Positions 37,512 through 46,325 of a DNA stretch of 64,000 bases are shown here, one piece after another. Source of the stretch: Oscillospiraceae bacterium (GTDB taxonomy: Bacteria; Bacillota; Clostridia; Oscillospirales; Oscillospiraceae); contig WRAO01000010.1 in the NCBI GenBank assembly GCA_009780175.1, forward strand, positions 18,585-82,584. Reading direction: 5' to 3'. The first letter of the stretch is position 1; every line of letters begins with the position of its first letter. The position numbers were made by a program, and so were the translations under genes. The notes beneath the pieces are model-generated. The model was not told the origin of the DNA, ran no database searches, and saw only the letters and a list, made by a program, of their open reading frames with translations.

Positions 37512-39897
37512 CATCACTACATTGGATATCACGCCGACTCCACGAATCCTGCGCACTTTGGGTGAGATACCTTTCGCGACATGGCAATGTGTAGCGGAGT
37601 TGGTTGACAACTCCATTGACGCCTTCCTTTCGGACAAGTCTTCCATTCCAGAGGAACTCGAACGGAAGATTACAGTTAGCTGGGCATCTGATTCTGTCGC
37701 CACCAAAGATCGAGTCATTGAGGTTACAGACAACGCTGGCGGTATGTCCGTTGAACAATTACAAAATGCTGTCCGCGCTGGATATTCAAGTAACGATCCA
37801 GTGGGAAACCTCGGTCTTTTTGGCGTAGGCTTTAACATCTCAACCGCGCGATTGGGAGATGTCACAACCATTTTGTCAACAAGAAGCGGTGACGCTGATT
37901 GGGTAGGTATAAAGATTGACTTCCAAAAACTCATCGACGCGAAACGCTTTGATGCGTCTATCATACGCAAACCAAAAATTGACCCTGAGGAACACGGCAC
38001 CAAAATCACCATCTCGAGTTTAAAACAAGGCATACTATCTGAGCTACCAAACAAAGAAAATGATATTCGGCAGCGACTAGAGGCTGTCTATGCTCCACTC
38101 CTGAATAACCAAAACGCTCCCATCACCATTACGGTAAAGGGAAAGCCACTCCGTCCGCGTAACCATTGTGTTTGGTCGGAGTCGCGCTATATACGCTACA
38201 GTGACCAGAATGTACCTGCACGCATTACCATCGATAGAGACCTCGGTGATGCCTTGTTTGACCTGAGCCGCAATTGCTATCTGACCGCTGATGAGGCTGA
38301 GGATTATTATGCAAAACAGCAGGAAGGACACACGCTCCCGATGTGTATCATTGAACGCAGGAAGCGTTTGACTGGCTGGTTGGGAATCCAACGTTACGCC
38401 GACCCGAACGACTTCGGCATAGACTTCATCCGAAACGGTAGGAAAATTTTGATATCCGATAAGTCCCTTTTCCAGTATGAGAACCCAATAACAGGTCAGA
38501 AAGAACTCCAGTATCCTTTGGAATTGGGTACTACGGTTGGTGGGCGAATTGTCGGGGAGCTACACGTCGACTATCTGCTCCCAACCTATCAGAAGAATGA
38601 CTTTGATCGCTCAGATGTCTCGTGGATACAGACCGTCGACGCAATTTGTGGAGTGGGGCCATTCCTGCCAAAGTCCCGCAAGGCACTCGGCTTTGTTCCT
38701 GAGCAGACAACTTCTCCCCTAGGTCTGCTTGTCAATGCTTATCGTAGAGTCGACAAAGGCACTAAATGCCTATTTGCCCCGAACGATGTGGCTAAGCGTT
38801 ACGCTGCTGAGTTCAGAAAAGGCCAGCGAGACTATCTTGATGATATTCTTTGGTGGAAAGCAGCGCAAGAAGAAGACCAAAAGCAGAACACAGGTGGATC
38901 GAGGGCTACCACTGCGGTAAATACGGGTGACATTCCCTCCGACGATGTCAGTGTTTATATTGCTGGAGCTACTTTTTCACAGGCATCTCCTGCTGTTGAT
39001 GCGCCAGAAGCAGATTCTCAAACTGAAACGACAACTTCGGTGTCTACGTCAGCCGTATCGGAAACGTCTAAAATAGATGAGCTCATCCAACGGTCTACTT
39101 CCGTAAGCCAACTTAGTGGCCGTAACTATAAATTCGGCAACGCTGGCTCGCTGAATGTTCGCGCTTACGAGTTGAATCGGGGCTCCATATACTATCGTGG
39201 CGAGAAGCGGCCTAGCTTCTTCCAGTCTGACGGTATCGACTGTGATTTTGTCTACGATCCATCGCATCCTCTGCTTGCTCAATATCCGATTACCGCGAAG
39301 ATGCTGCTATTGCAATATCTATCTGAGAAGCTAAAGGCGAGAGATAGCCTTCCTGATTTAGTCGCTGTTTACGCCGATTTGATAGAAACCACAATGCAGG
39401 ACGCAAGAATTGACAGACAAGCATTGCAAGACAGGGCAAGTAGTGCTTTTGAGTTGTTGCGCGAAAAACTGACCGTAGCCCTTAAGGATAAAGCTTCTGA
39501 AGCTGTAAGCTGCATACATGAATCAGCTGGCGAGGTTGAGGAAACAATTACAAACCTTATCCAATCCGCGAACACGACATTGTTAAAGAATTTTCAAGCC
39601 AATATCGCCGCTGGATTTGATTCCATTGAATTCGTGCCGCCTAAGACTCTATATAGGCTAATTGAACGGTTCCCAGAGGATGTTTTTGACGAGCGCGTGT
39701 TCCAAACGCCCTATATGACGATTACTCTGCAGGACGCAATGGCTACACAACGAGCCCGCGACGAGTCTAGAGATCGTGCGTTATCGTTTGTGAAGGACGC
39801 TCTCCGGGTCATTTCTGGCTATAACCAACGTGTGCAAAAGAATGAACTCGCGCGCGCGTCACTTAGCGTGGACTTCCTGTTAAAGGAGTTGAGTTAA
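37504..39897 (+). CDS. GHKL-superfamily (HATPase_c_3, MORC/MutL-like) ATPase with a long uncharacterised C-terminal region
   Basis: 797 aa, with a start overlapping the dcm stop by 8 nt. Bergerat-fold motifs are the N-box ELVDNSIDA, G1 DNAGGM and G2 GLFGVGFN. A Ser/Thr/acidic linker lies at about aa 470-520, followed by about 270 aa with no family I can name. Confidence 0.8.
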   Translation: MSNITTLDITPTPRILRTLGEIPFATWQCVAELVDNSIDAFLSDKSSIPEELERKITVSWASDSVATKDRVIEVTDNAGGMSVEQLQNAVRAGYSSNDPVGNLGLFGVGFNISTARLGDVTTILSTRSGDADWVGIKIDFQKLIDAKRFDASIIRKPKIDPEEHGTKITISSLKQGILSELPNKENDIRQRLEAVYAPLLNNQNAPITITVKGKPLRPRNHCVWSESRYIRYSDQNVPARITIDRDLGDALFDLSRNCYLTADEAEDYYAKQQEGHTLPMCIIERRKRLTGWLGIQRYADPNDFGIDFIRNGRKILISDKSLFQYENPITGQKELQYPLELGTTVGGRIVGELHVDYLLPTYQKNDFDRSDVSWIQTVDAICGVGPFLPKSRKALGFVPEQTTSPLGLLVNAYRRVDKGTKCLFAPNDVAKRYAAEFRKGQRDYLDDILWWKAAQEEDQKQNTGGSRATTAVNTGDIPSDDVSVYIAGATFSQASPAVDAPEADSQTETTTSVSTSAVSETSKIDELIQRSTSVSQLSGRNYKFGNAGSLNVRAYELNRGSIYYRGEKRPSFFQSDGIDCDFVYDPSHPLLAQYPITAKMLLLQYLSEKLKARDSLPDLVAVYADLIETTMQDARIDRQALQDRASSAFELLREKLTVALKDKASEAVSCIHESAGEVEETITNLIQSANTTLLKNFQANIAAGFDSIEFVPPKTLYRLIERFPEDVFDERVFQTPYMTITLQDAMATQRARDESRDRALSFVKDALRVISGYNQRVQKNELARASLSVDFLLKELS

Positions 39898-41555
39898 TGA
39901 ATTTTTACACCGATGACATTTCAAACGGGTACAACTGGAAAGGCCTTGAGCGTGCTGTCGCGCGTTTGATGGGGCATCTGGGATGGAACGACACTACCGT
40001 CATCGGTGGAACTGGAGATAAAGGCTGTGACATACTTGCCACGAGGGCGGAAACTCAACAGATAAAGTCGTGGGTCGTCCAAGCAAAAGCCGTCTCCGGA
40101 AGCCGCTATATCGGGCCACAAGCTCTTAAGGAAGCGATTGACGCCTTGTCTTTCTATGACGCTAACATTGCGGCTGTTGCCACGAATGGTGAGTTTACCA
40201 AAACCGCACGCCAGCGACAAGAACAGCTTGAGAAGAACGGCTATACTCTAAAGCTCTGGAACGGAACGTTTATTCAAGCGCTTATCGACCAGATATCAGA
40301 CGACCACGCTGGATTCAGAAAACTTCGCGAGTACCAAGACCAAATAGTCAAGAAGGTCATCACGGCCTATGAGAGAGGCGATAAGCGAGCGTTTTATATT
40401 GTCGCTACAGGGCTTGGTAAGACCGTCATTGCCGCAACAATCGCACGCGCTTTATGGGAGAAAGGATGCCGCAAGATTCTTGTTCTTTGTCACGCCACCG
40501 ACTTGGCTCTTCAGTTGGAGCAAGGGTTTTGGCCTCAAATAAAAAAGGAGGTGCCTACCTCGGTGTTCTTTGATGGTTTACCTCCACGAGACACGGAGGG
40601 CATTTCTTTTGGGCTTTATCAGAGTCTATATGGTTATCTTCCGGGGATAGAGCCTGATCAATTTGATGCGGTAATTGTCGACGAGGCGCATCACGCCTTG
40701 GCTCATGGGTTCAGAACCTGCCTTGAACATTTAAAACCTAAGTTTCTCATCGGGATGACCGCAACACCGTGGAGAGGTGACGGGCAGAGCCTGACCACTG
40801 TCTTTGGTGAGGCTTTGGCGAAGGTTTCCCTTGTTGATGGTATGGCAATGGGCTATCTGTCCAAGGTTGATTATCGTATTTTCTGCGACAATGTTGATTG
40901 GGACGACATGGAATATATGAGCAGACAAAACCTCTCGATTCGAGACCTTAATAAGCGCCTTTTCTTGCCACAACGCGACGAAGCCGTTATCACAGAAATC
41001 CAGCGAGTGGTGGCGGATATCCCGAATCCGAGGATAGCCATATTCTCGCCTTCCATTGAACATAGCAACCGTTTTGCTAATATGCTATCCGCCGCAGGAA
41101 TTCCTTGCGCGGCTCTATCTCGCGTTGATAAGGCCGAGCGACGGCGCAGATTGTTGGCTTTCGCGGCGGGTACCTATCATGCGGTAAGTGCCGTTGACGT
41201 TATGAATGAAGGTATTGACATCCCAGACGTAAATATCCTCGTCTTTCTGAGAGCCACACACTCAAGGAGGATTTTCGTCCAACAGCTTGGACGTGGTTTA
41301 CGCCTGTCTGAGGGCAAAGAAAAGGTCATTGTGTTAGACTTTGTTTCCGACATCCGCAGAATGGCGGATATGGTTGAAATGAACAGAGAGGGCAAAGTTA
41401 AAGGTGCTGAAAACGAGGTTGTTTATCTGCAGGAGGGCTTTGTGTCTTTCTCGGACGCGAGAATGGAAAGTTTTGTAAATATGTGGCTTGAGGATGTCGC
41501 GGACTTAGGCGGTTCAGACGATGAAACAAAACTGACATATCCGGAGGGATTTTAA
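39897..41555 (+). CDS. Mrr-like restriction endonuclease domain fused to an SF2 DEAH helicase
   Basis: 552 aa, with the ATG sharing 1 nt with the upstream TAA. The N-terminus GDKGCDILA....VVQAKA has a PD-(D/E)xK / Mrr_cat-like pattern. Helicase motif I is ATGLGKT, II is VDEAHH, III is MTATPWR and VI is QQLGRGLR. Confidence 0.85.
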   Translation: MNFYTDDISNGYNWKGLERAVARLMGHLGWNDTTVIGGTGDKGCDILATRAETQQIKSWVVQAKAVSGSRYIGPQALKEAIDALSFYDANIAAVATNGEFTKTARQRQEQLEKNGYTLKLWNGTFIQALIDQISDDHAGFRKLREYQDQIVKKVITAYERGDKRAFYIVATGLGKTVIAATIARALWEKGCRKILVLCHATDLALQLEQGFWPQIKKEVPTSVFFDGLPPRDTEGISFGLYQSLYGYLPGIEPDQFDAVIVDEAHHALAHGFRTCLEHLKPKFLIGMTATPWRGDGQSLTTVFGEALAKVSLVDGMAMGYLSKVDYRIFCDNVDWDDMEYMSRQNLSIRDLNKRLFLPQRDEAVITEIQRVVADIPNPRIAIFSPSIEHSNRFANMLSAAGIPCAALSRVDKAERRRRLLAFAAGTYHAVSAVDVMNEGIDIPDVNILVFLRATHSRRIFVQQLGRGLRLSEGKEKVIVLDFVSDIRRMADMVEMNREGKVKGAENEVVYLQEGFVSFSDARMESFVNMWLEDVADLGGSDDETKLTYPEGF

Positions 41556-41557
41556 CG

Positions 41558-42136
41558 ATGGCAAAAGTAACATCTCAACAGAACAAGAAAATTCGGGAGG
41601 CTACCTTCAAAAAAGCTGATAGCTTTGGGTACTCATCCAGTGGGCGTATCGATAGCGGCCGCTTTATGGACGACCTCGTGGAAGATCCGGAAATTGGCGG
41701 CGTCCTTAAACAGTACATGGACAAGGAGCGTGTCCGCACTTATATCAAGGATTCTGTACTTAACGCCTATGCCAAAAAGAAAATCAAGGACGCATTTGAC
41801 GCTGTTGATCCGACCGAGACTATTGAAAAAGTCTATGGCGTGAAGGCGTTGAAGATTCAGACCGGCACTAGAAAAAGTAACAAGGTGACAGTTTCGCGCG
41901 CTGCTGATGGTCATATTTTCGTGGTTAGCGGCGGTACAGTTCTGTATTGGGAGAACGCTTTGCGGAAAGCCTTAGAACTTGTTGCCAAGCAACCAGGACT
42001 CATCATCGAGGGGCGCACTCCTTCAATCTGTTTGACTCTCGTCTCGAAAACCAACTCCCTGACTATCGCGGATACGAACCACATAACCACTGCGCTCAAA
42101 GCGGTGGGGGTGCAAGCGGTCTTTCTCGATACCTAA
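41558..42136 (+). CDS. Hypothetical protein, operon-embedded, no recognisable domain
   Basis: 192 aa, starting 2 nt after the helicase stop. Coding-like composition. No motif I can assign. Confidence 0.6.
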   Translation: MAKVTSQQNKKIREATFKKADSFGYSSSGRIDSGRFMDDLVEDPEIGGVLKQYMDKERVRTYIKDSVLNAYAKKKIKDAFDAVDPTETIEKVYGVKALKIQTGTRKSNKVTVSRAADGHIFVVSGGTVLYWENALRKALELVAKQPGLIIEGRTPSICLTLVSKTNSLTIADTNHITTALKAVGVQAVFLDT

Positions 42137-42154
42137 TGTTATGGAGGTGGATAT

Positions 42155-42607
42155 ATGACGAGAACACCTGGAATAACCCACAAGATAATGTCTGCCGTGA
42201 AGTCAAAGAACACCCAGCCAGAGCTCGCGTTGCGCCATGCGCTCTGGGCGCGGGGCTTGCGTTACAGGATAAATGTAAAAACACTTCCCGGAAAGCCTGA
42301 CATTGTTTTTACGAGAACGAAGTTAGCCGTATTTTGTGATGGCGATTTTTGGCATGGTCATAACTGGACTATTCGAGGGCTACCATCATTTGAGGCCGAA
42401 CTGGAACAGTATTCGCAGTTTTGGCGAGACAAGATTCTTGGAAATGTGCAGCGGGATATCAAGAACACAGAACTACTTGAGGCAGCAGGGTGGACGGTTT
42501 TGAGAATTTGGGAAAGCGATATAAAAACGGACATAGTTCGTTGTGCTGATATGGTAGAAGAACAATATTGGATTAAAGTACGAGGCAACGCTGACGGGTC
42601 TGCATGA
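42155..42607 (+). CDS. vsr: Very-short-patch repair endonuclease
   Basis: 150 aa. S...MS.VKSKNT.PE..LR..L...G.RYR, GKPDIVF and AVFCDGDFWHGH are Vsr signatures. Confidence 0.92.
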   Translation: MTRTPGITHKIMSAVKSKNTQPELALRHALWARGLRYRINVKTLPGKPDIVFTRTKLAVFCDGDFWHGHNWTIRGLPSFEAELEQYSQFWRDKILGNVQRDIKNTELLEAAGWTVLRIWESDIKTDIVRCADMVEEQYWIKVRGNADGSA

Positions 42608-42808
42608 AAGCTTAGTAAAGGAATGTACATTTGGAAAAATAATTACACTAACAAGAAAACTGTAGCTTATTCCTCCTTCGCGACCTTCGCAAGCAAGGCA
42701 TGGTGATATCACCATGCAAAAACGGTGCTTGTTGGGGAGCAGCCCACCCCCACTAAATTGTCCGCTGCGCGCCCAATTTTTAAGCCGGCCTTCGCCGTCT
42801 GCTAGAAC

Positions 42809-42860
42809 AAAAAGAGCGCTGCTGGGAAGAAATGCCTCTCCTCCCAGCGGCGCTCTTTTT
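42809..42860. terminator. Bidirectional terminator between the vsr operon and mobC
   Basis: AAAAGAGCGCtGCTGGGA...TCCCAGCgGCGCTCTTTTT. Confidence 0.75.
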
Positions 42861-42865
42861 GCATT

Positions 42866-43204
42866 TTAGATCTTCGCCAGCTTCTGTAAAATCATCCTCG
42901 TTTGCCCACAGAGCAACTCATAGTCTGTTTGGAGTTTCTGAATATCTTCTGCGTACATATTGCCATCACTGTTGACCCGACGGGCAATCTGATTGAGGTT
43001 ATTCGTGGCGTTGGAGAGTAGCCGCGTCATCTTCCTCACATCGGAGAAGTCGAGGCGGAGCACATAGCCGTCCAGCACCATCCTGCGATAGTAGGCTTCT
43101 TTATTGCGGATATTCGCGACCGACATTTTTTCTTTGATGAGGGCAAGTTCGGCTTCATTCACACGGAAAATTTGTTGTTTGCTGCGTTTCAGATTTTTTG
43201 TCAA
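42866..43204 (-). CDS. mobC: MobC-family (ribbon-helix-helix) mobilization accessory protein
   Basis: 112 aa. R.....FRVNEAELALIKEK and LSNATNNLNQIARRVN match the MobC/relaxosome accessory pattern. No relaxase gene follows it. Confidence 0.75.
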   Translation of the reverse strand: MTKNLKRSKQQIFRVNEAELALIKEKMSVANIRNKEAYYRRMVLDGYVLRLDFSDVRKMTRLLSNATNNLNQIARRVNSDGNMYAEDIQKLQTDYELLCGQTRMILQKLAKI

Positions 43205-43749
43205 ACGTCAATCACCTCATAGTCGGCATGGATTACCTCGCTCCTAAGTCCTTTGCGCCGCCTGTAATCTTCCATCAGTTCGGCGATGCGTGCGTCCATA
43301 TAGTTTCTGTAGGCCGGGGTTTCATACTTGCCGCCATGTCGGACGGTGGGGAGCACATCATGGGTGACCCAGTGGCGGAAGGCCGTCAGCTTTTCGATTC
43401 GCTCTTGCGTGGCTTGGGACACGCCGCGCTTGTTCGCTTTCTGCGGGTGCATCCCGAGCAGCAGGGCGTACAGACCAGATTCGTTTACGAGAGTTGTTTT
43501 TTGTATGCCCCCTTTTGTCTCGAGGTCTAAGATCGCCTTGTCCGCTTCATTTACTCGCAAGAGACTTCGGCTGTGGTTCTTATCTCCAAAGAAGCGGCAG
43601 ACATCTTTGCCGACAAACCACGGCTTGCCATCCGCCTGGACTACTCGGACATCTTTGAAGTCGGGATCATCAAATAGGATAAGTTCTTGTTTGATCAAAT
43701 GGGCAAGACTCCTTTCCAGGGTGGGGGGTACGCTATGCATACCCCCCAC
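43201..43749 (-). CDS. Bro-N domain protein (prophage antirepressor-like)
   Basis: 182 aa. F......VRVVQADGKPWFVGKDVCRFFG and LVNESGLYALLL are typical of the Bro-N domain. The exact start is uncertain. Confidence 0.7.
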   Translation of the reverse strand: MGGMHSVPPTLERSLAHLIKQELILFDDPDFKDVRVVQADGKPWFVGKDVCRFFGDKNHSRSLLRVNEADKAILDLETKGGIQKTTLVNESGLYALLLGMHPQKANKRGVSQATQERIEKLTAFRHWVTHDVLPTVRHGGKYETPAYRNYMDARIAELMEDYRRRKGLRSEVIHADYEVIDV

Positions 43750-43760
43750 TTTGCGTTTGC

Positions 43761-44009
43761 CTATCCAGCGAGACGGCGGATGGGACTGAGCGGCACTTCT
43801 TCTTTTTTCTTCTGCGGCGGCGGAGTAGGTTGGGCGAGGTGTCGGATGAGTACCTGTTCGCAGATGAGATACTTTTTCCCCGCCTTAACGTGCGGCAGTT
43901 CTCCCTGGATACACATTTCTCGGATTCGGTACTTAGTCAGCCCTGGTATACGGTCGGCAGCTTCGTTGATGGTGAGCATTCGGATGTTGCTGGTGATGAG
44001 TTCTAACAT
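43761..44009 (-). CDS. Excisionase-family helix-turn-helix DNA-binding protein
   Basis: ORF 43761..44060. The preferred start is ATG 44009 (AAGGGGGA 5 nt upstream). LTINEAADRIPGLTKYRIREMCIQGELPHVKAGKKYLI is an excisionase/MerR-like HTH_17 pattern. Confidence 0.7.
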   Translation of the reverse strand: MLELITSNIRMLTINEAADRIPGLTKYRIREMCIQGELPHVKAGKKYLICEQVLIRHLAQPTPPPQKKKEEVPLSPIRRLAG

Positions 44010-44047
44010 TGCAGTCCCCCTTGGTTTTTTATTCTTCTTGCTTCTGC

Positions 44048-44076
44048 TTGACTTCCGCAATTAAACTTGCTATAAT
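44048..44076 (+). promoter_or_regulatory. Consensus sigma-A promoter for xre-int
   Basis: TTGACT, a 17-nt spacer, then TATAAT, divergent from the excisionase-like gene. Confidence 0.6.
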
Positions 44077-44168
44077 CGAAATATATCATATGCCACTTGC
44101 GAACGCAAGGGATGTGCAGCTAAATTTTCGAAACGCAACAAACAACAACGCGAAGGGCGGACAACTAT

Positions 44169-44897
44169 ATGGATGACAAAGATTCTTACTTCCATCCCTT
44201 TCCCAGACGACTGCGATTACTATTTGACGAGACAAGAGTGAGCCAGCAAGAGGTGGCAGACTATGTAGGCGTATCTCGACAGGCAGTATCTCAATGGAAA
44301 GACGGCAAGACGATTCCAGACTGTTACAATTTCAAAAGAGTGGCGGAGTTTTTCAAAGTGCCGCTCGAGTATCTATACGGCGAGACAGAGAGCAAAGTAA
44401 AAGAAAATCAGGTACTGGTTGACAGCTTAGGGCTTTCCGATGGAGCGATTGCCAAGCTGAAGGAATGGGCAACCCAAACGGGGGCGAGCATAACGCCTAT
44501 CGCGTTTTTATCAAAGCTGATCAATACCGATGAATTCGATCGTTTTCTCCAACAGGCGCGGCGGGCAAGCAATGAATATTTTGAAATTCAATGCGAGTTG
44601 CTGGATGAAGATCGCATTCCGCCCGGAGACCCAAACGACCCCGCGCAAGTTGCGGTACGACGCGCACTGAACGCCCGCGCCACCGCAATCGGATACCGCA
44701 TCATCCCAGCAGATGACCTGAGCAGCTTCCACCGCCAACAGGCGATGGAAGCTATGGGTGCGGCCATCAAAGCAGCGTACGAACGATATTTTACAGAGAA
44801 TCAGGAACAACTCGTGGAACAGTGGCACGAAAATTACGGTAGAGAATATTTGGAGCAAGCCGCCCTAGCCGAGCGGCTGGGAATAAGCCTACACTAG
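44169..44897 (+). CDS. XRE-family HTH regulator with an extended C-terminal domain
   Basis: 242 aa. LRLLFDETRVSQQEVADYVGVSRQAVSQWKDGKTIPD is a classic HTH_3. The C-terminal 170 aa are uncharacterised. Confidence 0.8.
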   Translation: MDDKDSYFHPFPRRLRLLFDETRVSQQEVADYVGVSRQAVSQWKDGKTIPDCYNFKRVAEFFKVPLEYLYGETESKVKENQVLVDSLGLSDGAIAKLKEWATQTGASITPIAFLSKLINTDEFDRFLQQARRASNEYFEIQCELLDEDRIPPGDPNDPAQVAVRRALNARATAIGYRIIPADDLSSFHRQQAMEAMGAAIKAAYERYFTENQEQLVEQWHENYGREYLEQAALAERLGISLH

Positions 44898-44910
44898 GAG
44901 AGGTTGGATT

Positions 44911-46320
44911 ATGGCAAACATCATCAAGCGAACAAGCAAGAGGGGTGAAGTCTCATATCTGATTCGTGTGTTTGTAGACCAGCGGACGAATGGCAAACAG
45001 ACGGTGAAGTCCATGACCTACAAGCCAGCGCCCGAACTCACAGAGCGGCAGGTGGAGAAAGAGCTCAATCAAATCGCCGTGCAGTTTGAGGATGAGATCA
45101 AGAACGGCTTGGTTGCCTATGATGGGACAATCAAGTTTGAGGACTATGCGGCGCGATGGATGGAAACTGCCCAAATTGCACCCAAGACACGAGAGCGGTA
45201 TGTGCAGCTCTTAAAGCGCGTCAATGAAGCCTTCGGACATATCAAACTCAAGAATTTACAGGCGCGGCACTTGGAAGCGTTCTATGCCAATCTGCGAGAA
45301 GACGGCATCAAAGAGCAGGGGTGTTTTGCGACACCTGCCGGACTGGACAAGATGATGGATAAGCGGAAGATTTCCAGAACCGCTCTCAGCAAAACAGCGG
45401 GAATTGCTTACGCTACGATCAGCGGGGTGCGGAATGGAAAGCAAGTGACGATTGCCACGGCGGAGAAAATTGCCGCCGCCCTCGATGTGCCGGTGCAGAA
45501 GATTTTCAAGATCAACAAAGCCATAACCGGCCTGTCTGACCGAACGGTGCTGCATCACCACAGAGTCATCGCCTCGATCTTGGCAAAAGCGAAGAAGGAA
45601 CAGATCATCCCCTTCAATGTAGCATCGGAGCACGCAAATGCGCCGAAGGTGAAGCGGCAGGAAGCCCGATATTTGAGCGATACCGCCGCACAGGAGATGG
45701 TAGCCCTCCTGCTGCAAGAGCCGGACATTCGCCGAAAAACCGCCATCCTGCTCTGCCTGTACAGCGGTATCCGGCGCGGCGAGTTCGGCGGTCTGCAATG
45801 GAAAGATGTTGATAGGGAGAACAAAATCATCCACATCCTCCGCGCTACCCAGTGGCAACAGGGAAAAGGGATAGTCGAAGTGCCAACGAAGAATGACCAC
45901 TCTAAGCGCGTCATCCGCCTGCCGGATTTGATCTTCGACTTGCTGGCGGAATATCGGAAATATTGGTTGTCTCAAAAGCTCAAGCTCGGAAACAAGTGGG
46001 AGGGCGATGATTGGATTTTCATCCAAGAAAATGGCAAGCCCATTGACCACAATACGCTCAACGGCTGGATTCGGAAGTTCATCGCCGAGCACGATTTGGA
46101 GCACTTCACGCCCCACAGTCTCCGCCACACCTTCTGCTCCCTACAGATCGCCGCCGGGGTGAACATTCGGACGATACAGGCGAGGACAGGGCATTCGAGG
46201 GCGTCTACGCTGACGGACACCTACTCCCATGCGTTCAAGACAGCGGATGAGCTGGCGAGTGAAGCCTTGGATGATATTTTGACTCCGAAGCTGGGCGGGG
46301 TGCGGAAGTTGAGTGGGTAA
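44911..46320 (+). CDS. int: Tyrosine-type site-specific integrase with an internal XRE-like HTH insertion
   Basis: 469 aa. An N-terminal arm-binding-like domain, a core-binding domain and a catalytic domain (R at GIRRGE, HSLRHTF, GHSRASTLTDTYSH). The extra segment KISRTALSKTAGIAYATISGVRNGKQVTIATAEKIAAALDV lies at nt ~45346-45496. Confidence 0.88.
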   Translation: MANIIKRTSKRGEVSYLIRVFVDQRTNGKQTVKSMTYKPAPELTERQVEKELNQIAVQFEDEIKNGLVAYDGTIKFEDYAARWMETAQIAPKTRERYVQLLKRVNEAFGHIKLKNLQARHLEAFYANLREDGIKEQGCFATPAGLDKMMDKRKISRTALSKTAGIAYATISGVRNGKQVTIATAEKIAAALDVPVQKIFKINKAITGLSDRTVLHHHRVIASILAKAKKEQIIPFNVASEHANAPKVKRQEARYLSDTAAQEMVALLLQEPDIRRKTAILLCLYSGIRRGEFGGLQWKDVDRENKIIHILRATQWQQGKGIVEVPTKNDHSKRVIRLPDLIFDLLAEYRKYWLSQKLKLGNKWEGDDWIFIQENGKPIDHNTLNGWIRKFIAEHDLEHFTPHSLRHTFCSLQIAAGVNIRTIQARTGHSRASTLTDTYSHAFKTADELASEALDDILTPKLGGVRKLSG

Positions 46321-46325
46321 AAGCA

